The notes under the pieces are model-generated. The model made no database searches. It worked only from the letters and a program-made list of their open reading frames with translations, and was not told the origin of the DNA. 64,000 nucleotides of DNA from Bacteroidota bacterium (lineage in GTDB: Bacteria > Bacteroidota > Ignavibacteria > Ignavibacteriales > Melioribacteraceae), in contig JAJYXU010000096.1 in the NCBI GenBank assembly GCA_021801605.1, forward strand, positions 12,290-76,289, in the 5' to 3' direction. The position numbers were made by a program, and so were the translations under genes. Position 1 is the stretch's first letter; each line of letters opens with the position of its first letter. This document shows, one piece after another, positions 28,372 through 41,251 of this stretch.

Positions 28372-31300
28372 ATGCGATTTAAACCGCAAGAAAATAAAAT
28401 CAAATTGATTGAAAGTCTTACAATTGGCTTGGCTAGTCCTGATGATATTCTATCCCGCTCTCACGGCGAGGTAACCAAACCAGAAACAATCAACTACCGT
28501 TCATTCCGTCCGGAAAAAGATGGATTGTTCTGCGAGAAAATTTTTGGGCCTGTTAAAGATTGGGAATGCGCATGCGGTAAATACAAAGGCATTCGCTATA
28601 AAGGAATTGTATGTGACAGATGCGGTGTTGAAGTTACTTTGAAAAGTGTGCGTCGTGAAAGAATGGGACACATTCAACTTGCAGTTCCTGTTGTTCATAT
28701 TTGGTTTTTCAAAGCGTTGCCCTCTAAAATTGGTAACATTATTGGAATGACAACTAAAGAACTTGAAAAAGTTATCTACTATGAATCTTATGTTGTTATC
28801 AATCCGGGGCCAACGGGATTAAATAAAAAAGATTTGATTTCGGAAGATCAGTATTATGAAATCATGGGTTCTCTTCCACACGAAAACGATTCGCTTGAAG
28901 ATGAAGATCCGAAAAAATTTGTTGCAAGAATTGGCGGCGATGCAATAAAACATTTATTGAAAAAAATTGATATCGAATTTACATTCCTTGATTTAAAATC
29001 TCAGCTTGGTCCCGATATATCTCAACAAAAACGTGCCGAGCTTCTTAAGAGATTAAGAGTTTATGAAGCATTCCGTGAATACGAAGGAAAAGTGCCTAAC
29101 AAACCTGAATGGATGGTTCTTAATGTTGTGCCGGTTATTCCGCCGGAACTTCGTCCTCTCGTTCCACTTGAAGGTGGAAGATTTGCAACATCGGATTTGA
29201 ATGATCTTTATAGAAGAGTGATCATTCGTAATAATAGATTAAAAAGATTAATTGATATAAAAGCTCCGGAAGTAATTCTTCGTAACGAAAAAAGGATGCT
29301 TCAAGAAGCTGTTGATGCCTTATTTGATAATTCACGCCGCGCAAGTGCGGTTCGCAGCGATGGTAATAGACCGTTGAAATCTCTCAGCGATATGTTAAAA
29401 GGTAAACAAGGACGTTTCCGTCAGAACTTGCTCGGAAAACGTGTTGATTATTCCGGTCGTTCGGTAATTGTTGTTGGTCCGGAATTGAAATTACATCAGT
29501 GCGGTTTGCCGAAAGATATGGCTGTTGAATTGTTCAAACCGTTCATCATTCGCAAACTAATTGAACGAGGGCATTTTAAAACTGTAAAAAGCGCACGCAA
29601 AGCTGTTGATAGAAAAGATGCAATGATTTGGGATATTCTGGAAAAATTGATTGACGGTCATCCGGTTATGTTAAACCGTGCGCCTACATTGCACCGTCTT
29701 GGTATTCAAGCATTTCAACCAATATTAATTGATGGAAAAGCAATTCAATTACATCCGTTAGTGTGTACCGCTTTCAACGCAGATTTCGACGGCGATCAGA
29801 TGGCTGTTCACGTTCCGTTATCTTATGAAGCTCAACTTGAAGCATCTGTTTTAATGTTAAGCAGCCATAACATTCTTTCTCCTCAGAATGGTTTGCCAAT
29901 TGTTCTTCCGTCACAGGATATTGTTCTTGGTCTTTACTATCTCACAAAATTGAGACCTGGTGCAAAAGGAGAAGGTAAAATTTTTAGTGATGTTGCTGAA
30001 GTTCTAATCGCATACAATTCTAAAGCTGTAGATCTCCATGCTAAGATAAAAGTCAGAATTGATTCACAGATGATTGAGACTACTGTTGGTCGCGTTATTT
30101 TCAATGAAATCGTTCCTAAAGAGATGGGCTATATTAATGAACTGCTCGTTAAAAAAAGTTTCTCTGGATTCATTTACAAAATGTTTATTAAGATCGGAAA
30201 TGAAAAAACCGCAATCTTCCTGGATGATTTAAAAGAATTAGGTTATAGATACGCAACCGCTGCTGGTATTTCGATCAGCTTCAGCGATATGATTGTTCCG
30301 GATGAAAAAGTAAAATTAATTGATGATTCGAATAAAAAAGTTTCAGGAATTCTGAATGAGCACGAACAAGGTTTGATTACTGATGCCGAACGTTATAATA
30401 AGATTGTTGACGTTTGGACTCATACAACAAATAACGTTGCAAAGTCATTGATGGATAGAATTAAAACCGATCAAGGTGGTTTTAACTCTCTTCACATGAT
30501 GGTTGACTCCGGTGCAAGAGGTTCGCAGGATCAGGTTCGTCAGCTTGCAGGTATGCGTGGCTTGATGATGAAACCACAAAAGAGCTTAACAGGTCAATCT
30601 GGTGAAATTATTGAAAACCCAATCGTGGCAAATTTTAAAGAAGGATTATCGGTATTAGAATATTTCATATCAACACACGGTGCACGTAAAGGTCTTGCAG
30701 ATACTGCTTTGAAAACTGCCGATGCCGGTTATCTCACCCGCCGTTTGTGCGATGTTGCTCAAGACGTAATTATCACCGAGCTTGATTGCGAAACAATTCG
30801 TGGTGTTTACATTTCTGCTTTGAAAGATGTAGAACTCGAAAGAGAACCTTTGGCTGAAAGAATCACCGGTCGTGTTGCACAAGAAGATGTTTACGATCCT
30901 CGCACAGATGATTTGTTGATTGAAGCCGGCGACGTTATAACAGAAGAGATTGCAGAAAAAATTGACGAAGCTAATATTGATCAAGTTTACATCCGTACAG
31001 TTTTAACTTGTGAAGCAAAGCGTGGTGTATGTGCAAAATGTTACGGTCGTAATCTAACAACAGGTCAGTTAGTTGAAAATGGAGAAGCAGTTGGAATTAT
31101 TGCTGCTCAATCTATTGGTGAACCTGGAACTCAGTTAACTTTACGTACATTCCACTTGGGCGGAACTTCTTCGCGTATCGCAAGTCAATCTCAAGTTGAA
31201 GCAAACGTTAACGGAATAATTAAATTAGATAGAGTAACATTTGTAGAGAAAACTGATTTCTTTGGTAAAGTTAAAGTTGTAATTGGTCGCCGTGGTTCAA

Positions 31301-32613
31301 TAGGAATTTATGATGATGATAATAGACAAATAAAGAAATTTGATGTGCCTTATGGCGCAGAATTGATGGTAGGTGAAGGTCAAGAAATTAAGAAAGGTCA
31401 ACCGCTTTATAATCACGATCCATACAACTCTGTGATTGTTGCTGATGTAAGTGGTGAAGTTTCATTTATAGATTTGATTGATAACGTCACGATACAACAA
31501 GTTGCTGATGAGCAGACCGGACACGTTCAAAAAGTAGTAATCGAATCAAAAGACAAAACTTTAACTCCTAGTATTTCGTTAAAAGATAATAAAGGGAATG
31601 AAAAAGTATTTAACATTCCAACCCGTGCTTATTTATCCGTTGAAGAAGGTGAAGAAATTCAAGCTGGAACTATTCTAGCAAAAATTTCAAAATCATCAAC
31701 AAAGTCACGTGACATTACTGGAGGTTTACCGAGAGTAACAGAACTTTTCGAAGCGCGCCGCCCGCACGATCCAGCAGTAGTTTCTGAGATTGAAGGTAAA
31801 GTTAAGTTTGGTGCCCGCAAAAAAGGTTCGCGTGAAATCATAATCGAGTCACTTGACGGCTCAATTCAAAAAGTATATAATATTGCTTATGGAAAACATA
31901 CTCTTGTTCAAGAAGGCGATGAAATTCCAGCCGGTGAAAAAATAACTGATGGTCCAACGGATCCGCACGATATTCTAAAAATCAAAGGAACAAATGCTGT
32001 TCAGGAATATTTGGTAAATGAGATTCAGGATGTTTATCGTTTACAAGGTGTTAAGATTAATGATAAGCATATTGAGGTTATAGTACGCCAGATGTTGCAA
32101 AAACTTCAAGTTATCTCAGCCGGTGATACTATTTTTATTGAAGAGGATTTAGTTGATAGAAATAAATTTATTGACGAAAATGAAAAAGTCAAACAAATGG
32201 TTTACACCTCAGATCCTGGACAATCGAAATTTAAAATGGGTCAACTAATTACTAGGACAAAGTATAGAGAAATAAATGCTGATCTGACAAGAAAAAGCAA
32301 AAAGCCAATGAAAGTTCGCGATGCTGAACCAGCTACTTTCGATAACATTTTGCTTGGAATTACACACGCAGCACTTTCGACTGAAAGTTTTATATCTGCT
32401 GCCTCTTTCCAGGAAACAACAAAGGTATTAACAAATGCTGCTACGGAAGCTCGCGTTGATACTTTGGTTGGTCTTAAAGAAAATGTGGTTATGGGACATT
32501 TAATTCCTGCTGGTACTGGGCTTAAGAAATATAAAAACATCATATTAACCAGCGATGAAGTAGAAACAGTAGCACCCGAGGAAGTATTAGAGACAGAAAA
32601 ACAATCACTTTAG
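28372..32613 (+). CDS. rpoC: DNA-directed RNA polymerase subunit beta'
   Basis: 1413 aa. Zn finger CACGKY...CDRCGVEV and catalytic [12 protein letters not shown]. Confidence 0.97.
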   Translation: MRFKPQENKIKLIESLTIGLASPDDILSRSHGEVTKPETINYRSFRPEKDGLFCEKIFGPVKDWECACGKYKGIRYKGIVCDRCGVEVTLKSVRRERMGHIQLAVPVVHIWFFKALPSKIGNIIGMTTKELEKVIYYESYVVINPGPTGLNKKDLISEDQYYEIMGSLPHENDSLEDEDPKKFVARIGGDAIKHLLKKIDIEFTFLDLKSQLGPDISQQKRAELLKRLRVYEAFREYEGKVPNKPEWMVLNVVPVIPPELRPLVPLEGGRFATSDLNDLYRRVIIRNNRLKRLIDIKAPEVILRNEKRMLQEAVDALFDNSRRASAVRSDGNRPLKSLSDMLKGKQGRFRQNLLGKRVDYSGRSVIVVGPELKLHQCGLPKDMAVELFKPFIIRKLIERGHFKTVKSARKAVDRKDAMIWDILEKLIDGHPVMLNRAPTLHRLGIQAFQPILIDGKAIQLHPLVCTAFNADFDGDQMAVHVPLSYEAQLEASVLMLSSHNILSPQNGLPIVLPSQDIVLGLYYLTKLRPGAKGEGKIFSDVAEVLIAYNSKAVDLHAKIKVRIDSQMIETTVGRVIFNEIVPKEMGYINELLVKKSFSGFIYKMFIKIGNEKTAIFLDDLKELGYRYATAAGISISFSDMIVPDEKVKLIDDSNKKVSGILNEHEQGLITDAERYNKIVDVWTHTTNNVAKSLMDRIKTDQGGFNSLHMMVDSGARGSQDQVRQLAGMRGLMMKPQKSLTGQSGEIIENPIVANFKEGLSVLEYFISTHGARKGLADTALKTADAGYLTRRLCDVAQDVIITELDCETIRGVYISALKDVELEREPLAERITGRVAQEDVYDPRTDDLLIEAGDVITEEIAEKIDEANIDQVYIRTVLTCEAKRGVCAKCYGRNLTTGQLVENGEAVGIIAAQSIGEPGTQLTLRTFHLGGTSSRIASQSQVEANVNGIIKLDRVTFVEKTDFFGKVKVVIGRRGSIGIYDDDNRQIKKFDVPYGAELMVGEGQEIKKGQPLYNHDPYNSVIVADVSGEVSFIDLIDNVTIQQVADEQTGHVQKVVIESKDKTLTPSISLKDNKGNEKVFNIPTRAYLSVEEGEEIQAGTILAKISKSSTKSRDITGGLPRVTELFEARRPHDPAVVSEIEGKVKFGARKKGSREIIIESLDGSIQKVYNIAYGKHTLVQEGDEIPAGEKITDGPTDPHDILKIKGTNAVQEYLVNEIQDVYRLQGVKINDKHIEVIVRQMLQKLQVISAGDTIFIEEDLVDRNKFIDENEKVKQMVYTSDPGQSKFKMGQLITRTKYREINADLTRKSKKPMKVRDAEPATFDNILLGITHAALSTESFISAASFQETTKVLTNAATEARVDTLVGLKENVVMGHLIPAGTGLKKYKNIILTSDEVETVAPEEVLETEKQSL

Positions 32614-32719
32614 TAATAAAGTTGAAAAATAAGAACAGACTTTCTTGACAATTGAAATGAATATCAATAAATTTCAAATCTGAATTTTAATACAAAATAT
32701 TAGTTGTGGAGGTATTTAC

Positions 32720-33097
32720 GTGCCAACGATAAACCAGTTGGTTAGAAAAGGTAGAGTTGTTGTTTCATCGAAGAATAAAGCTCCGGCGTTAGATGCTTGC
32801 CCTCAAAAAAGAGGTGTTTGCACTAGAGTATATACAACAACTCCCAAAAAACCGAATTCAGCTTTAAGAAAAGTTGCAAGGGTTCGTTTGACAAATGGAA
32901 TTGAAGTTACTGCTTACATTCCTGGTGAAGGACATAATTTGCAAGAGCACTCTATTGTTCTAATTAGAGGTGGTAGAGTAAAAGATTTACCTGGTGTTCG
33001 TTATCATATAATTCGTGGCACACTTGATACAAGTGGCGTTGAAGATAGAAAGAAAAGTCGTTCCAAATATGGGACTAAAAAACCAAAAGCAAAATAA
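32720..33097 (+). CDS. rpsL: 30S ribosomal protein S12
   Basis: 125 aa with a GTG start; [11 protein letters not shown]...[11 protein letters not shown]. Confidence 0.96.
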   Translation: MPTINQLVRKGRVVVSSKNKAPALDACPQKRGVCTRVYTTTPKKPNSALRKVARVRLTNGIEVTAYIPGEGHNLQEHSIVLIRGGRVKDLPGVRYHIIRGTLDTSGVEDRKKSRSKYGTKKPKAK

Positions 33098-33103
33098 TTG
33101 ACT

Positions 33104-33571
33104 ATGAGAAAGAAAAAAGCAGAAAAAAGATATTTAAAACCCGACCCAAAATTTAATGATATTCTCGTTTCAAAATTCATTAACTATTTGATGTGGGCAG
33201 GGAAAAAATCTACAGCAAGAAGCATTGTTTATGACAGCTTCGATCTGATTGAACAAAAAACAAAAAAACCTGCTATTGAAGTTTTTAAAAAAGCGGTTCA
33301 AAATGTTCAGCCATTAGTCGAGGTTAGAAGCAGAAGAGTGGGCGGTGCAACTTATCAAGTCCCTATGGAAGTTAGACCAGAAAGAAGAACTGCGTTGGCT
33401 TTTCGCTGGATTAAGACTTATGCGCGTGATAGAAAAGATAAATCTATGGCTCTTAAAGTTGCAGCAGAATTGATGGCTGCGGCAAACGGAGAAGGTTCTG
33501 CAGTTAAGAAAAAAGATGATACACATCGTATGGCGGAAGCAAATAAGGCATTCGCTCATTTTAAGTGGTAA
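33104..33571 (+). CDS. rpsG: 30S ribosomal protein S7
   Basis: [19 protein letters not shown]... The track ORF starts at TTG 33098, but ATG 33104 fits the S7 N-terminus better. Confidence 0.93.
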   Translation: MRKKKAEKRYLKPDPKFNDILVSKFINYLMWAGKKSTARSIVYDSFDLIEQKTKKPAIEVFKKAVQNVQPLVEVRSRRVGGATYQVPMEVRPERRTALAFRWIKTYARDRKDKSMALKVAAELMAAANGEGSAVKKKDDTHRMAEANKAFAHFKW

Positions 33572-33595
33572 GGTAGAAAAGGAATTATAATTTAG

Positions 33596-35695
33596 ATGTC
33601 CAAGCGTGTTGAAATAGATAAAGTAAGAAACATCGGTATTATGGCTCATATAGATGCTGGTAAAACCACAACTACAGAGCGCATTCTATATTATACTGGA
33701 AAATTACATAGAATGGGCGAAGTACATGATGGCGCCGCAACTATGGATTGGATGGAACAAGAAAAAGAACGTGGTATAACAATTACAAGTGCCGCTACAA
33801 CAACATTCTGGAGAGAGCATCAAATAAATATTATTGATACTCCTGGGCATGTGGATTTTACTGTTGAAGTCGAAAGATCTTTACGAGTTTTAGATGGTGC
33901 AATAGCTCTTTTCTGTGCGGTCGGCGGTGTTGAACCTCAATCGGAAACAGTTTGGAGACAAGCTGATAAATATAACGTTCCAAGAATTTCATTTGTAAAT
34001 AAAATGGATAGAATTGGAGCCGATTTTTTCAATGCTGTCAAGATGATGAAAGAAAAACTTGGTGCCCCGGCTGTTCCAATAAATCTTCCTGTTGGTGAAG
34101 GTGATTTATTTAGAGGCATTATAGATTTAATGAACATGCGGGCTATAATGTTTATTGAAGAATCATTAGGAGCAGATTTTGAAGAGGTTGATATTCCTGT
34201 TGATCTTTTGCCCTTGGCTCAAAAATATAGAACTTGGATGCTCGAAGCGGTATCCGATGTTGACGATACTTTATTAGAAAAGTACCTTGAAGGGAAAGAA
34301 ATTACTGAAGATGAAATCAAAAAAGTTTTAAGAGAAGCTACTATTCAGGGAAAAATTATTCCTGTATTATGTGGTTCTTCATTTAAGAATAAAGGAGTGC
34401 AACAATTACTAGACTCTGTTGTTGATTTTTTACCATCTCCACTTGATTCTGGAAATTTATCAGCGCATCATATTTTTAAGAATGATCACGTTGAAAGGAA
34501 AATTGATCCTAATGAAAAATTTGCTGCTCTGGCTTTTAAAATTATGACCGATCCATATGTTGGTAAGCTAACATTTATAAGAGTATACACCGGAACATTG
34601 AAAGCTGGATCGTATATTTTTAATTCCGTATCTGATAAAAAAGAGAGAGTTGGAAGAGTTCTTCAGATGCATGCTAATACGCGGGAAGATTTAGAAACTA
34701 TTAGATGCGGCGATATAGCAGCAATTGTTGGTTTAAAACATACGAGAACCGGCGATACACTTTGCACCGAAGAAGATGCTATTGTTCTTGAGAAGATGAT
34801 ATTTCCCGAGCCTGTTATTCAAATTGCTATTGAACCGAAGACGAAAGCGGATCAAGATAAACTTTCCGAATCACTTGCAAAACTTTCTGATGAGGATCCG
34901 ACATTTAAAGTTAAGGTTGATGATGAAACCGGTCAGACCCTTATAAGCGGCATGGGCGAACTTCATCTTGAAATTCTTGTTGATAGAATGAAACGTGAAT
35001 TTAAGGTTGAAGCCAATGTTGGTAAACCGCAAGTAGCTTATAGAGAAACTATTACTAAGACAGTCCAAGCTGAAGGTAAGTTTGTCAAACAATCTGGCGG
35101 TCGCGGCAAGTATGGGCACGTTTGGATTGAACTTTCGCCAAACGAACCTGGAAAAGGATTTGAGTTTGAAAATGCAATTGTTGGTGGCGTAGTTCCAAAA
35201 GAATATATTAATCCCGTTATGCATGGTTTACAAGATTCTTTAAGAAATGGTGTGTTGGCTGGTTTTCCGGTCGTTGATGTTAAAGCAAAACTATATGATG
35301 GATCCTATCACGATGTTGATTCTGATGAAATTTCATTTAAGGTTGCTGCTTCGATGGCTTTTAAGCAGGGTGCATTGAAAGCAAGCCCGGTTCTTCTTGA
35401 GCCGATGATGAGCGTTGAAGTTATTTCACCAGAAGAATATCTAGGTGATGTGATGGGTGATCTAAATTCGAGAAGAGGAAAAATAGAAGGATTTACATCG
35501 AGAAAAGATGCTCAAGTAATTAAGGCAATGGTTCCTCTTGCTCAAATGTTTGGTTATGCAACAATTCTGAGATCGATGACTCAAGGACGTGCAATTTACT
35601 CTATGCAGTTTTCACATTATTCAGAAGTGCCAAAATCTGTTGCCGAAGAGATTCAAGAAAAATCTCAAGCAAAGAAACATGCTGAATCACATTAG
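33596..35695 (+). CDS. fusA: translation elongation factor G
   Basis: 699 aa; G-domain motifs [18 protein letters not shown]. Confidence 0.97.
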   Translation: MSKRVEIDKVRNIGIMAHIDAGKTTTTERILYYTGKLHRMGEVHDGAATMDWMEQEKERGITITSAATTTFWREHQINIIDTPGHVDFTVEVERSLRVLDGAIALFCAVGGVEPQSETVWRQADKYNVPRISFVNKMDRIGADFFNAVKMMKEKLGAPAVPINLPVGEGDLFRGIIDLMNMRAIMFIEESLGADFEEVDIPVDLLPLAQKYRTWMLEAVSDVDDTLLEKYLEGKEITEDEIKKVLREATIQGKIIPVLCGSSFKNKGVQQLLDSVVDFLPSPLDSGNLSAHHIFKNDHVERKIDPNEKFAALAFKIMTDPYVGKLTFIRVYTGTLKAGSYIFNSVSDKKERVGRVLQMHANTREDLETIRCGDIAAIVGLKHTRTGDTLCTEEDAIVLEKMIFPEPVIQIAIEPKTKADQDKLSESLAKLSDEDPTFKVKVDDETGQTLISGMGELHLEILVDRMKREFKVEANVGKPQVAYRETITKTVQAEGKFVKQSGGRGKYGHVWIELSPNEPGKGFEFENAIVGGVVPKEYINPVMHGLQDSLRNGVLAGFPVVDVKAKLYDGSYHDVDSDEISFKVAASMAFKQGALKASPVLLEPMMSVEVISPEEYLGDVMGDLNSRRGKIEGFTSRKDAQVIKAMVPLAQMFGYATILRSMTQGRAIYSMQFSHYSEVPKSVAEEIQEKSQAKKHAESH

Positions 35696-35751
35696 ACAAT
35701 AATTAAAATAAATAATTAAAGAAATAAAAATCATTAAGGAGAGTATTTAAG

Positions 35752-36957
35752 ATGGCAAAAGAAAAATTTGACCGTAGTAAACCTCACGTTAATATTGGTA
35801 CTATCGGACATGTAGACCATGGTAAAACTACTCTTACTGCTGCCATCACCATGGCCCTTGCTAAAAAAGGATTATCGCAAGTTAGAACATTCGACAGTAT
35901 TGATAATGCCCCTGAAGAAAGAGAAAGAGGTATTACAATTGCTACTGCTCACGTAGAATATTCAACTGCAAACAGACATTATGCTCATGTTGATTGTCCT
36001 GGTCACGCAGATTATGTTAAGAACATGATCACTGGTGCCGCTCAGATGGATGGTGCAATATTAGTAGTTGCTGCAACAGATGGTCCTATGCCTCAAACAC
36101 GCGAACACATTCTGCTCGCTCGTCAGGTAGGCGTTCCAAAAATTGTTGTTTTCATGAATAAAGTTGATGCTGTTGATGATCAAGAACTTATTGACTTAGT
36201 TGAAATGGAATTAAGAGAACTTTTAACAAAATATGAGTTCCCTGGCGATGAAATTCCAATTATCAAAGGTTCTGCTTTACACGCTTTAGAAGCCGGTGCA
36301 TCAGGTGCTGATCCATCCGATCCAAGGTATAATTGCATTTGGGAGCTTATGGATGCAGTTGATACATATATTCCGGTTCCGGAAAGAAGTATAGACAAAC
36401 CTTTCTTGATGCCGGTTGAAGACGTTTTCTCAATCACTGGTCGTGGCACTGTAGCTACGGGTAGAGTTGAAAGAGGTCAAGTAAAAATTCAAGAAGAAGT
36501 TGAATTAATTGGTTTAGGTGCGCACAAGAAAACAGTCGTTACCGGAATTGAAATGTTCCGTAAAGAACTTGATTCTGCAATGGCTGGTGATAACGCTGGT
36601 ATTTTATTAAGAGGCGTTGATAAAACTGAAATCGAAAGAGGAATGGTTCTTGCAAAAACAGGTTCTATAACTCCTCACAAAAAATATGAAGGTAAGGTTT
36701 ACATTCTTTCAAAAGATGAAGGCGGACGCCACACACCATTCTTTAATGGTTACAGACCTCAGTTCTATTTCAGAACAACTGACGTAACCGGTATTGCTAC
36801 TTTACCGGAAGGGACCGAAATGGTTATGCCTGGTGATAGCGTGACTCTTAAAATCGATTTGATTTCCGAAATTGCTATGGAAGAAGGTCTTAAGTTCGCA
36901 ATTCGTGAAGGTGGTAGAACAGTTGGTGCTGGTTTCGTTACAAAGATTATCGAGTAA
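35752..36957 (+). CDS. tuf: translation elongation factor Tu
   Basis: 401 aa; [22 protein letters not shown]. Confidence 0.97.
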   Translation: MAKEKFDRSKPHVNIGTIGHVDHGKTTLTAAITMALAKKGLSQVRTFDSIDNAPEERERGITIATAHVEYSTANRHYAHVDCPGHADYVKNMITGAAQMDGAILVVAATDGPMPQTREHILLARQVGVPKIVVFMNKVDAVDDQELIDLVEMELRELLTKYEFPGDEIPIIKGSALHALEAGASGADPSDPRYNCIWELMDAVDTYIPVPERSIDKPFLMPVEDVFSITGRGTVATGRVERGQVKIQEEVELIGLGAHKKTVVTGIEMFRKELDSAMAGDNAGILLRGVDKTEIERGMVLAKTGSITPHKKYEGKVYILSKDEGGRHTPFFNGYRPQFYFRTTDVTGIATLPEGTEMVMPGDSVTLKIDLISEIAMEEGLKFAIREGGRTVGAGFVTKIIE

Positions 36958-36978
36958 AATAAATTATTTGAGAGGTTG

Positions 36979-37133
36979 TCTAAAAAGTAATAGATATTTA
37001 AAAATAGCACGCTGATTACACGGACTCACTCCGTGGAATAAATTGATAATTAAATTTATTGCAAAAGGTAAAATGTTATTCCACGGGGTAAACGGATTTT
37101 CACAGATTTTTAATTGGATAATTACTTTTTAGA
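36979..37133 (+). repeat. nested inverted repeats forming a ~155-nt structured element in the tuf-rpsJ spacer
   Basis: Outer arms TCTAAAAAGTAAT (36979-36991) / ATTACTTTTTAGA (37121-37133), 13/13. Middle arms CCGTGGAATAA (37031-37041) / TTATTCCACGG (37076-37086), 11/11. A local hairpin CACGGA-ctcac-TCCGTG (37019-37035) competes for the same CCGTG. Confidence 0.6.
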
Positions 37134-37168
37134 GAGCATTACTATGTTGAACAAGGAGATTATAAAAA

Positions 37169-37477
37169 GTGCCCGGTCAGAAAATTAGAATCAAGCTTAA
37201 GTCATACGATCATATATTGATTGACAAATCAACCGAAAAGATTATTAAAACAGTTAAAAGCACCGGTGCTGTTGTATCCGGACCGATTCCGTTGCCAACA
37301 CGCAGAACAGTGTTCACAGTTTTAAGATCACCGCACGTTGATAAAAAATCAAGAGAACAATTTGAGATTAGGGCACATAAAAGAATTATTGATATACATA
37401 ATTCAAATAATAAAACAGTTGACGCACTTAGCAAATTAGACATTCCCGCTGGCGTTGACATTGAGATTAAGTTATAG
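37169..37477 (+). CDS. rpsJ: 30S ribosomal protein S10
   Basis: 102 aa with a GTG start; [18 protein letters not shown]. Confidence 0.95.
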   Translation: MPGQKIRIKLKSYDHILIDKSTEKIIKTVKSTGAVVSGPIPLPTRRTVFTVLRSPHVDKKSREQFEIRAHKRIIDIHNSNNKTVDALSKLDIPAGVDIEIKL

Positions 37478-37488
37478 GAATCATTGAA

Positions 37489-38112
37489 ATGCCTGGCTTG
37501 TTAGCAAAAAAATTAGGAATGACAAATATATTTTCGGAAGACGGTAAAATTGTACCGGTTACAGTTTTAGAAGTCGGTCCGTGTAATGTATACGCAATCA
37601 AATCGAAAGAGAGAGATGGCTACGAAGCTGTTCAGCTTGGATTTGGTGAAAAGAAAGAGAAGAGAACAAGCAAACCTCAACTCGATTATTATAAAAAGCA
37701 CGGATTGAAAATTCCTCAAACGGTAAAAGAATTCAGAAATTTTGATGCGTCGCAATATAAAATTGGCGATGAATTAAAAACTGATATTTTCGAAGTCGGT
37801 GATAAAGTAAAAGTATCCGGAAAGAGCAAAGGAAAAGGTTTTCAGGGTGTAATGAGAAGACATAATTTTGGCGGTGTCGGAGGAACAACACACGGTCAAA
37901 GCGATAGATTAAGAGCTCCCGGTTCAATCGGCTCAAGTTCTTATCCATCAAGAGTATTCAAAGGTCAACGTATGGCTGGAAGAATGGGCTTTGACAACGT
38001 TACTGCTCCAAATTTAAAAGTTGTAAAAATTATTGCTGAAAAAAATATAATTATGGTTAAAGGAGCTGTTCCAGGCTCTATTAATTCAATTGTTGCTATC
38101 AACAAAAAATAA
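37489..38112 (+). CDS. rplC: 50S ribosomal protein L3
   Basis: 207 aa; GLLAKKLGMTNIF...GKGFQGVMRRHNFGG. Confidence 0.96.
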   Translation: MPGLLAKKLGMTNIFSEDGKIVPVTVLEVGPCNVYAIKSKERDGYEAVQLGFGEKKEKRTSKPQLDYYKKHGLKIPQTVKEFRNFDASQYKIGDELKTDIFEVGDKVKVSGKSKGKGFQGVMRRHNFGGVGGTTHGQSDRLRAPGSIGSSSYPSRVFKGQRMAGRMGFDNVTAPNLKVVKIIAEKNIIMVKGAVPGSINSIVAINKK

Positions 38113-38123
38113 GTTTGATAAAA

Positions 38124-38750
38124 ATGAAATTAGAAGTTTATAAACAGGACGGCACAAAATCTGGCGAGACAGTAGAACTCTCAAAAGAAATTTTCGAAAT
38201 CGAACCGAATGATCACGTTCTTTATTTGGCGGTAAAAGCTTTTCTGGCAAATCAACGTCAGGGCACACACAAGTCAAAAGAAAGGAGTGAAGTTAGTGGT
38301 GGCGGTAAAAAACCCTGGAAGCAAAAAGGTCGCGGTGGAGCTCGTGCCGGTACCTCTCGTTCTCCAATTTGGGTTGGCGGCGGAAGAATATTCGGACCTA
38401 AACCGCATACTTACAAACAGAAGTTAAACAAGAAAGTTTTGAGTCTTGCTAGAAAATCTGCTCTCTCTTACAAAGCCAAAGCAAATCAAATAATGGTTGT
38501 TGAAGATTTTAACTTTGATGGACCAAAAACTAAAGACTTTGCTTCTTTGTTGAACGCGCTGAAAGTAAAAGGCAAAAGAACATTACTTCTGACAAATGGT
38601 ACTCAAGAAAATATTTATAAATCCGGGCGAAATATTACAAAAGTAAATGTATTAGAAGCCAACAAAGCATCCGCATACGATTTGTTGAACAATCAAGTTT
38701 TATTAGTACAGAAAAGTGCAGTTACTCTTTTAGAAAACACAATAAATTAA
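38124..38750 (+). CDS. rplD: 50S ribosomal protein L4
   Basis: MKLEVYKQDG...KPWKQKGRGGARAGTSRSPIW. The track ORF begins at TTG 38115; ATG 38124 is preferred. Confidence 0.93.
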   Translation: MKLEVYKQDGTKSGETVELSKEIFEIEPNDHVLYLAVKAFLANQRQGTHKSKERSEVSGGGKKPWKQKGRGGARAGTSRSPIWVGGGRIFGPKPHTYKQKLNKKVLSLARKSALSYKAKANQIMVVEDFNFDGPKTKDFASLLNALKVKGKRTLLLTNGTQENIYKSGRNITKVNVLEANKASAYDLLNNQVLLVQKSAVTLLENTIN

Positions 38751-38762
38751 ATCGGTTTAAAA

Positions 38763-39059
38763 ATGAAAAGTGTTCTAGTACGACCTTTAATAACAGAAAA
38801 GATGAGCGGCATTAGCGAAAAGCATGCTGGCAAGTACGGCTTTATTGTAGCTGTTGATGCAAACAAGATCGAAATAGCTAAAGCTCTCAAAGCAAAATTT
38901 AATGTAGATGTATCTTCCGTCAATACGATTAGATATAAAGGAAAAGCAAAAACTCAATTGACTAAGAAGGGTAGATTTACAGGAAGAACACCAAAGTTTA
39001 AAAAAGCAATAGTTACCTTAAAAGAAGGTCAAACATTAGATATTTTTGGTCAAGCATAG
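38763..39059 (+). CDS. rplW: 50S ribosomal protein L23
   Basis: 98 aa. Canonical slot between rplD and rplB; LVRPLITEK start. Confidence 0.93.
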   Translation: MKSVLVRPLITEKMSGISEKHAGKYGFIVAVDANKIEIAKALKAKFNVDVSSVNTIRYKGKAKTQLTKKGRFTGRTPKFKKAIVTLKEGQTLDIFGQA

Positions 39060-39086
39060 TATTACCGAAACTCGGAGCTGAATTAA

Positions 39087-39911
39087 ATGGCAATTAGAAA
39101 ATTAAAACCAAATACACCCGGAACGAGATTTATGAGTATCTCTTCATTTGAAGAGATTACAAAGACTTCGCCTGAAAAAGCGTTGACTGCTGCAATTAAA
39201 AAATCCGGCGGTAGAAATAATCAAGGAAGAATCACTTCCCGTCATCGTGGCGGCGGGCATAAAAGACGTTATAGAATAGTAGATTTCAAACGTGATAAAA
39301 ATGGAATTCCGGCAAAAGTTTTTTCAATTGAATACGATCCGAACAGAACATCCAGAATTGCTCTTCTTAATTATGCAGATGGAGAAAAGAGATACATCAT
39401 TGCGCCAGATGGTTTGAAAGTAGGTGCTTCGGTTGTTTCAGGCGCTGGTTCGGAAATTAAAGTTGGCAACGCAATGCCGTTAAAAGAAATTCCGCCTGGA
39501 AGTTTTATTCACAACGTGGAATTAAGACCCGGTAAAGGCGGTCAGCTTGGAAGATCAGCTGGTTCATCACTTCAATTAATGGCGCGTGAAGGAAAGATGG
39601 CTCAGCTTAAAATGCCTTCCGGTGAAGTAAGAATGGTTTCTGTTGATTGTATGGCTACTTACGGTGTTGTTGGAAATATTGATCATGAGAATATTAGTCT
39701 TGGTAAAGCAGGTAGAAGCAGATGGCTTGGCATTCGTCCTGCAAGCCGTGGTGTTGCTAAGAATCCTGTAGATCACCCGATGGGCGGAGGTGAAGGTAAA
39801 ACATCCGGCGGCGGTCATCCAGTTTCTCCTTGGGGACAAAAAGCAAAAGGATTAAAAACACGAAAGAGAAAAAATCTTTCGAACAAATACATAGTTAAAA
39901 GAAAAAAATAG
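39087..39911 (+). CDS. rplB: 50S ribosomal protein L2
   Basis: 274 aa; [19 protein letters not shown]...[10 protein letters not shown]. Confidence 0.97.
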   Translation: MAIRKLKPNTPGTRFMSISSFEEITKTSPEKALTAAIKKSGGRNNQGRITSRHRGGGHKRRYRIVDFKRDKNGIPAKVFSIEYDPNRTSRIALLNYADGEKRYIIAPDGLKVGASVVSGAGSEIKVGNAMPLKEIPPGSFIHNVELRPGKGGQLGRSAGSSLQLMAREGKMAQLKMPSGEVRMVSVDCMATYGVVGNIDHENISLGKAGRSRWLGIRPASRGVAKNPVDHPMGGGEGKTSGGGHPVSPWGQKAKGLKTRKRKNLSNKYIVKRKK

Positions 39912-39924
39912 GTCAGAGTAGAAT

Positions 39925-40212
39925 ATGCCAAGATCAGTTAAAAAAGGTCCATTCATAGACCTAAAGTTAATGCAGAAAGTAAAAAAACTGAACGATACTA
40001 ATCAGAAGAAAATAATTAAGACTTGGTCACGTACAAGTACAATTACTCCTGACTTTGTCGGTCACACAATTGCTGTACATAACGGCAATAAAATGATACC
40101 CGTTTATGTTTCTGAAAATATGGTTGGTCATAAACTCGGCGAGTTTGCACCGACAAGAATTTTTAGAGGTCACCCGGGAACTAAAGCTGAAAAAGCATCT
40201 AAAGTAAAGTGA
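39925..40212 (+). CDS. rpsS: 30S ribosomal protein S19
   Basis: 95 aa; [11 protein letters not shown]...[23 protein letters not shown]. Confidence 0.96.
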   Translation: MPRSVKKGPFIDLKLMQKVKKLNDTNQKKIIKTWSRTSTITPDFVGHTIAVHNGNKMIPVYVSENMVGHKLGEFAPTRIFRGHPGTKAEKASKVK

Positions 40213-40225
40213 TTCTAGGAAAATA

Positions 40226-40573
40226 ATGATGGAAGCTAAATCAACTCACAAATACATTGGAACATCACCGCGAAAAATGAGATTAGTAATTGATCTTATC
40301 AGAGGTAAATCGGTAGAACAAGCTATCGAGATACTTCATTTTTCGCCAAAGCATTCTTCCAAAGATGCGGTTAAAGTTTTACGTTCCGCTGTATCAAATT
40401 TAATGAACAAGGACGAAAACACAAAGCACGATGTTTCTGACTTTTTTGTAAAAGAAGCTTTTGTGAATCAAGGTCCTACCTTGAAAAGAATTTCGGCAGC
40501 ACCAATGGGTCGGGCGTATAAAATAAGAAAAAGATCTAATCACGTAACTATTGTTGTAGCTACAAAAAAGTAA
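40226..40573 (+). CDS. rplV: 50S ribosomal protein L22
   Basis: 115 aa; GTSPRKMRLVIDLIRGKSVEQA. Confidence 0.95.
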   Translation: MMEAKSTHKYIGTSPRKMRLVIDLIRGKSVEQAIEILHFSPKHSSKDAVKVLRSAVSNLMNKDENTKHDVSDFFVKEAFVNQGPTLKRISAAPMGRAYKIRKRSNHVTIVVATKK

Positions 40574-40588
40574 TCTCAGGAGGAAGTT

Positions 40589-41230
40589 TTGGGTCAGAAG
40601 GTTAATCCAATTGGTTTTAGAGTTGGTATCATCAAAGGATGGGAATCGAACTGGTATGAAAACAAAAGCTATGCTGTTAAGCTTGTTGAAGATAAGAAAC
40701 TTAGAACCTATGTAAGAAAAAGATTACAAAACGCTGGAATTTCTTCCATCGTTATTGATAGAACTTCTAAAAATATTGTTCTTACTATTCATACATCCAG
40801 ACCCGGTGTTGTTATTGGTAAAAGCGGAAAAGAAATTGCCCAGCTTGAAGAAGAATTAAAAAAATTGACCGATAAAGAAGTTAAGATTCAGATCACAGAA
40901 ATTAAAAGACCAGAACTAGATGCAAATTTAGTAGCAGAAAATATTGCAAGACAACTTGAAGGAAGAGTATCCTTTAGAAGAGCTATGAAACAATCAATTA
41001 CAACAGCAATGAGAATGGGTGCTGAAGGAATTAGAATTATGTGTGCCGGTAGATTAGGCGGTGCAGAAATGGCTCGTACAGAACAATACAAAGAAGGCAG
41101 AATTCCTTTACATACAATACGTGCCGACATAAATTATGGTACGGCAACTGCGCAGACAATCTACGGTTCATTAGGAGTTAAAGTTTGGATCTGCCGCGGA
41201 GAAATTTTAGGTAAACGTTCAACCGAATAA
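40589..41230 (+). CDS. rpsC: 30S ribosomal protein S3
   Basis: 213 aa with a TTG start; [19 protein letters not shown]; KH domain. Confidence 0.96.
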   Translation: MGQKVNPIGFRVGIIKGWESNWYENKSYAVKLVEDKKLRTYVRKRLQNAGISSIVIDRTSKNIVLTIHTSRPGVVIGKSGKEIAQLEEELKKLTDKEVKIQITEIKRPELDANLVAENIARQLEGRVSFRRAMKQSITTAMRMGAEGIRIMCAGRLGGAEMARTEQYKEGRIPLHTIRADINYGTATAQTIYGSLGVKVWICRGEILGKRSTE

Positions 41231-41251
41231 TAAGTTTGAGGAATATTTTTC

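Noticed and set aside
32645-32673. Sigma-70-like TTGACA (32645-32650) followed after 17 nt by TAAATT, upstream of rpsL
   Set aside because: It is plausible as the str operon promoter. However, FCB-group promoters often use different consensus elements, and AT-rich DNA gives many such matches. It is not supportable without TSS data.
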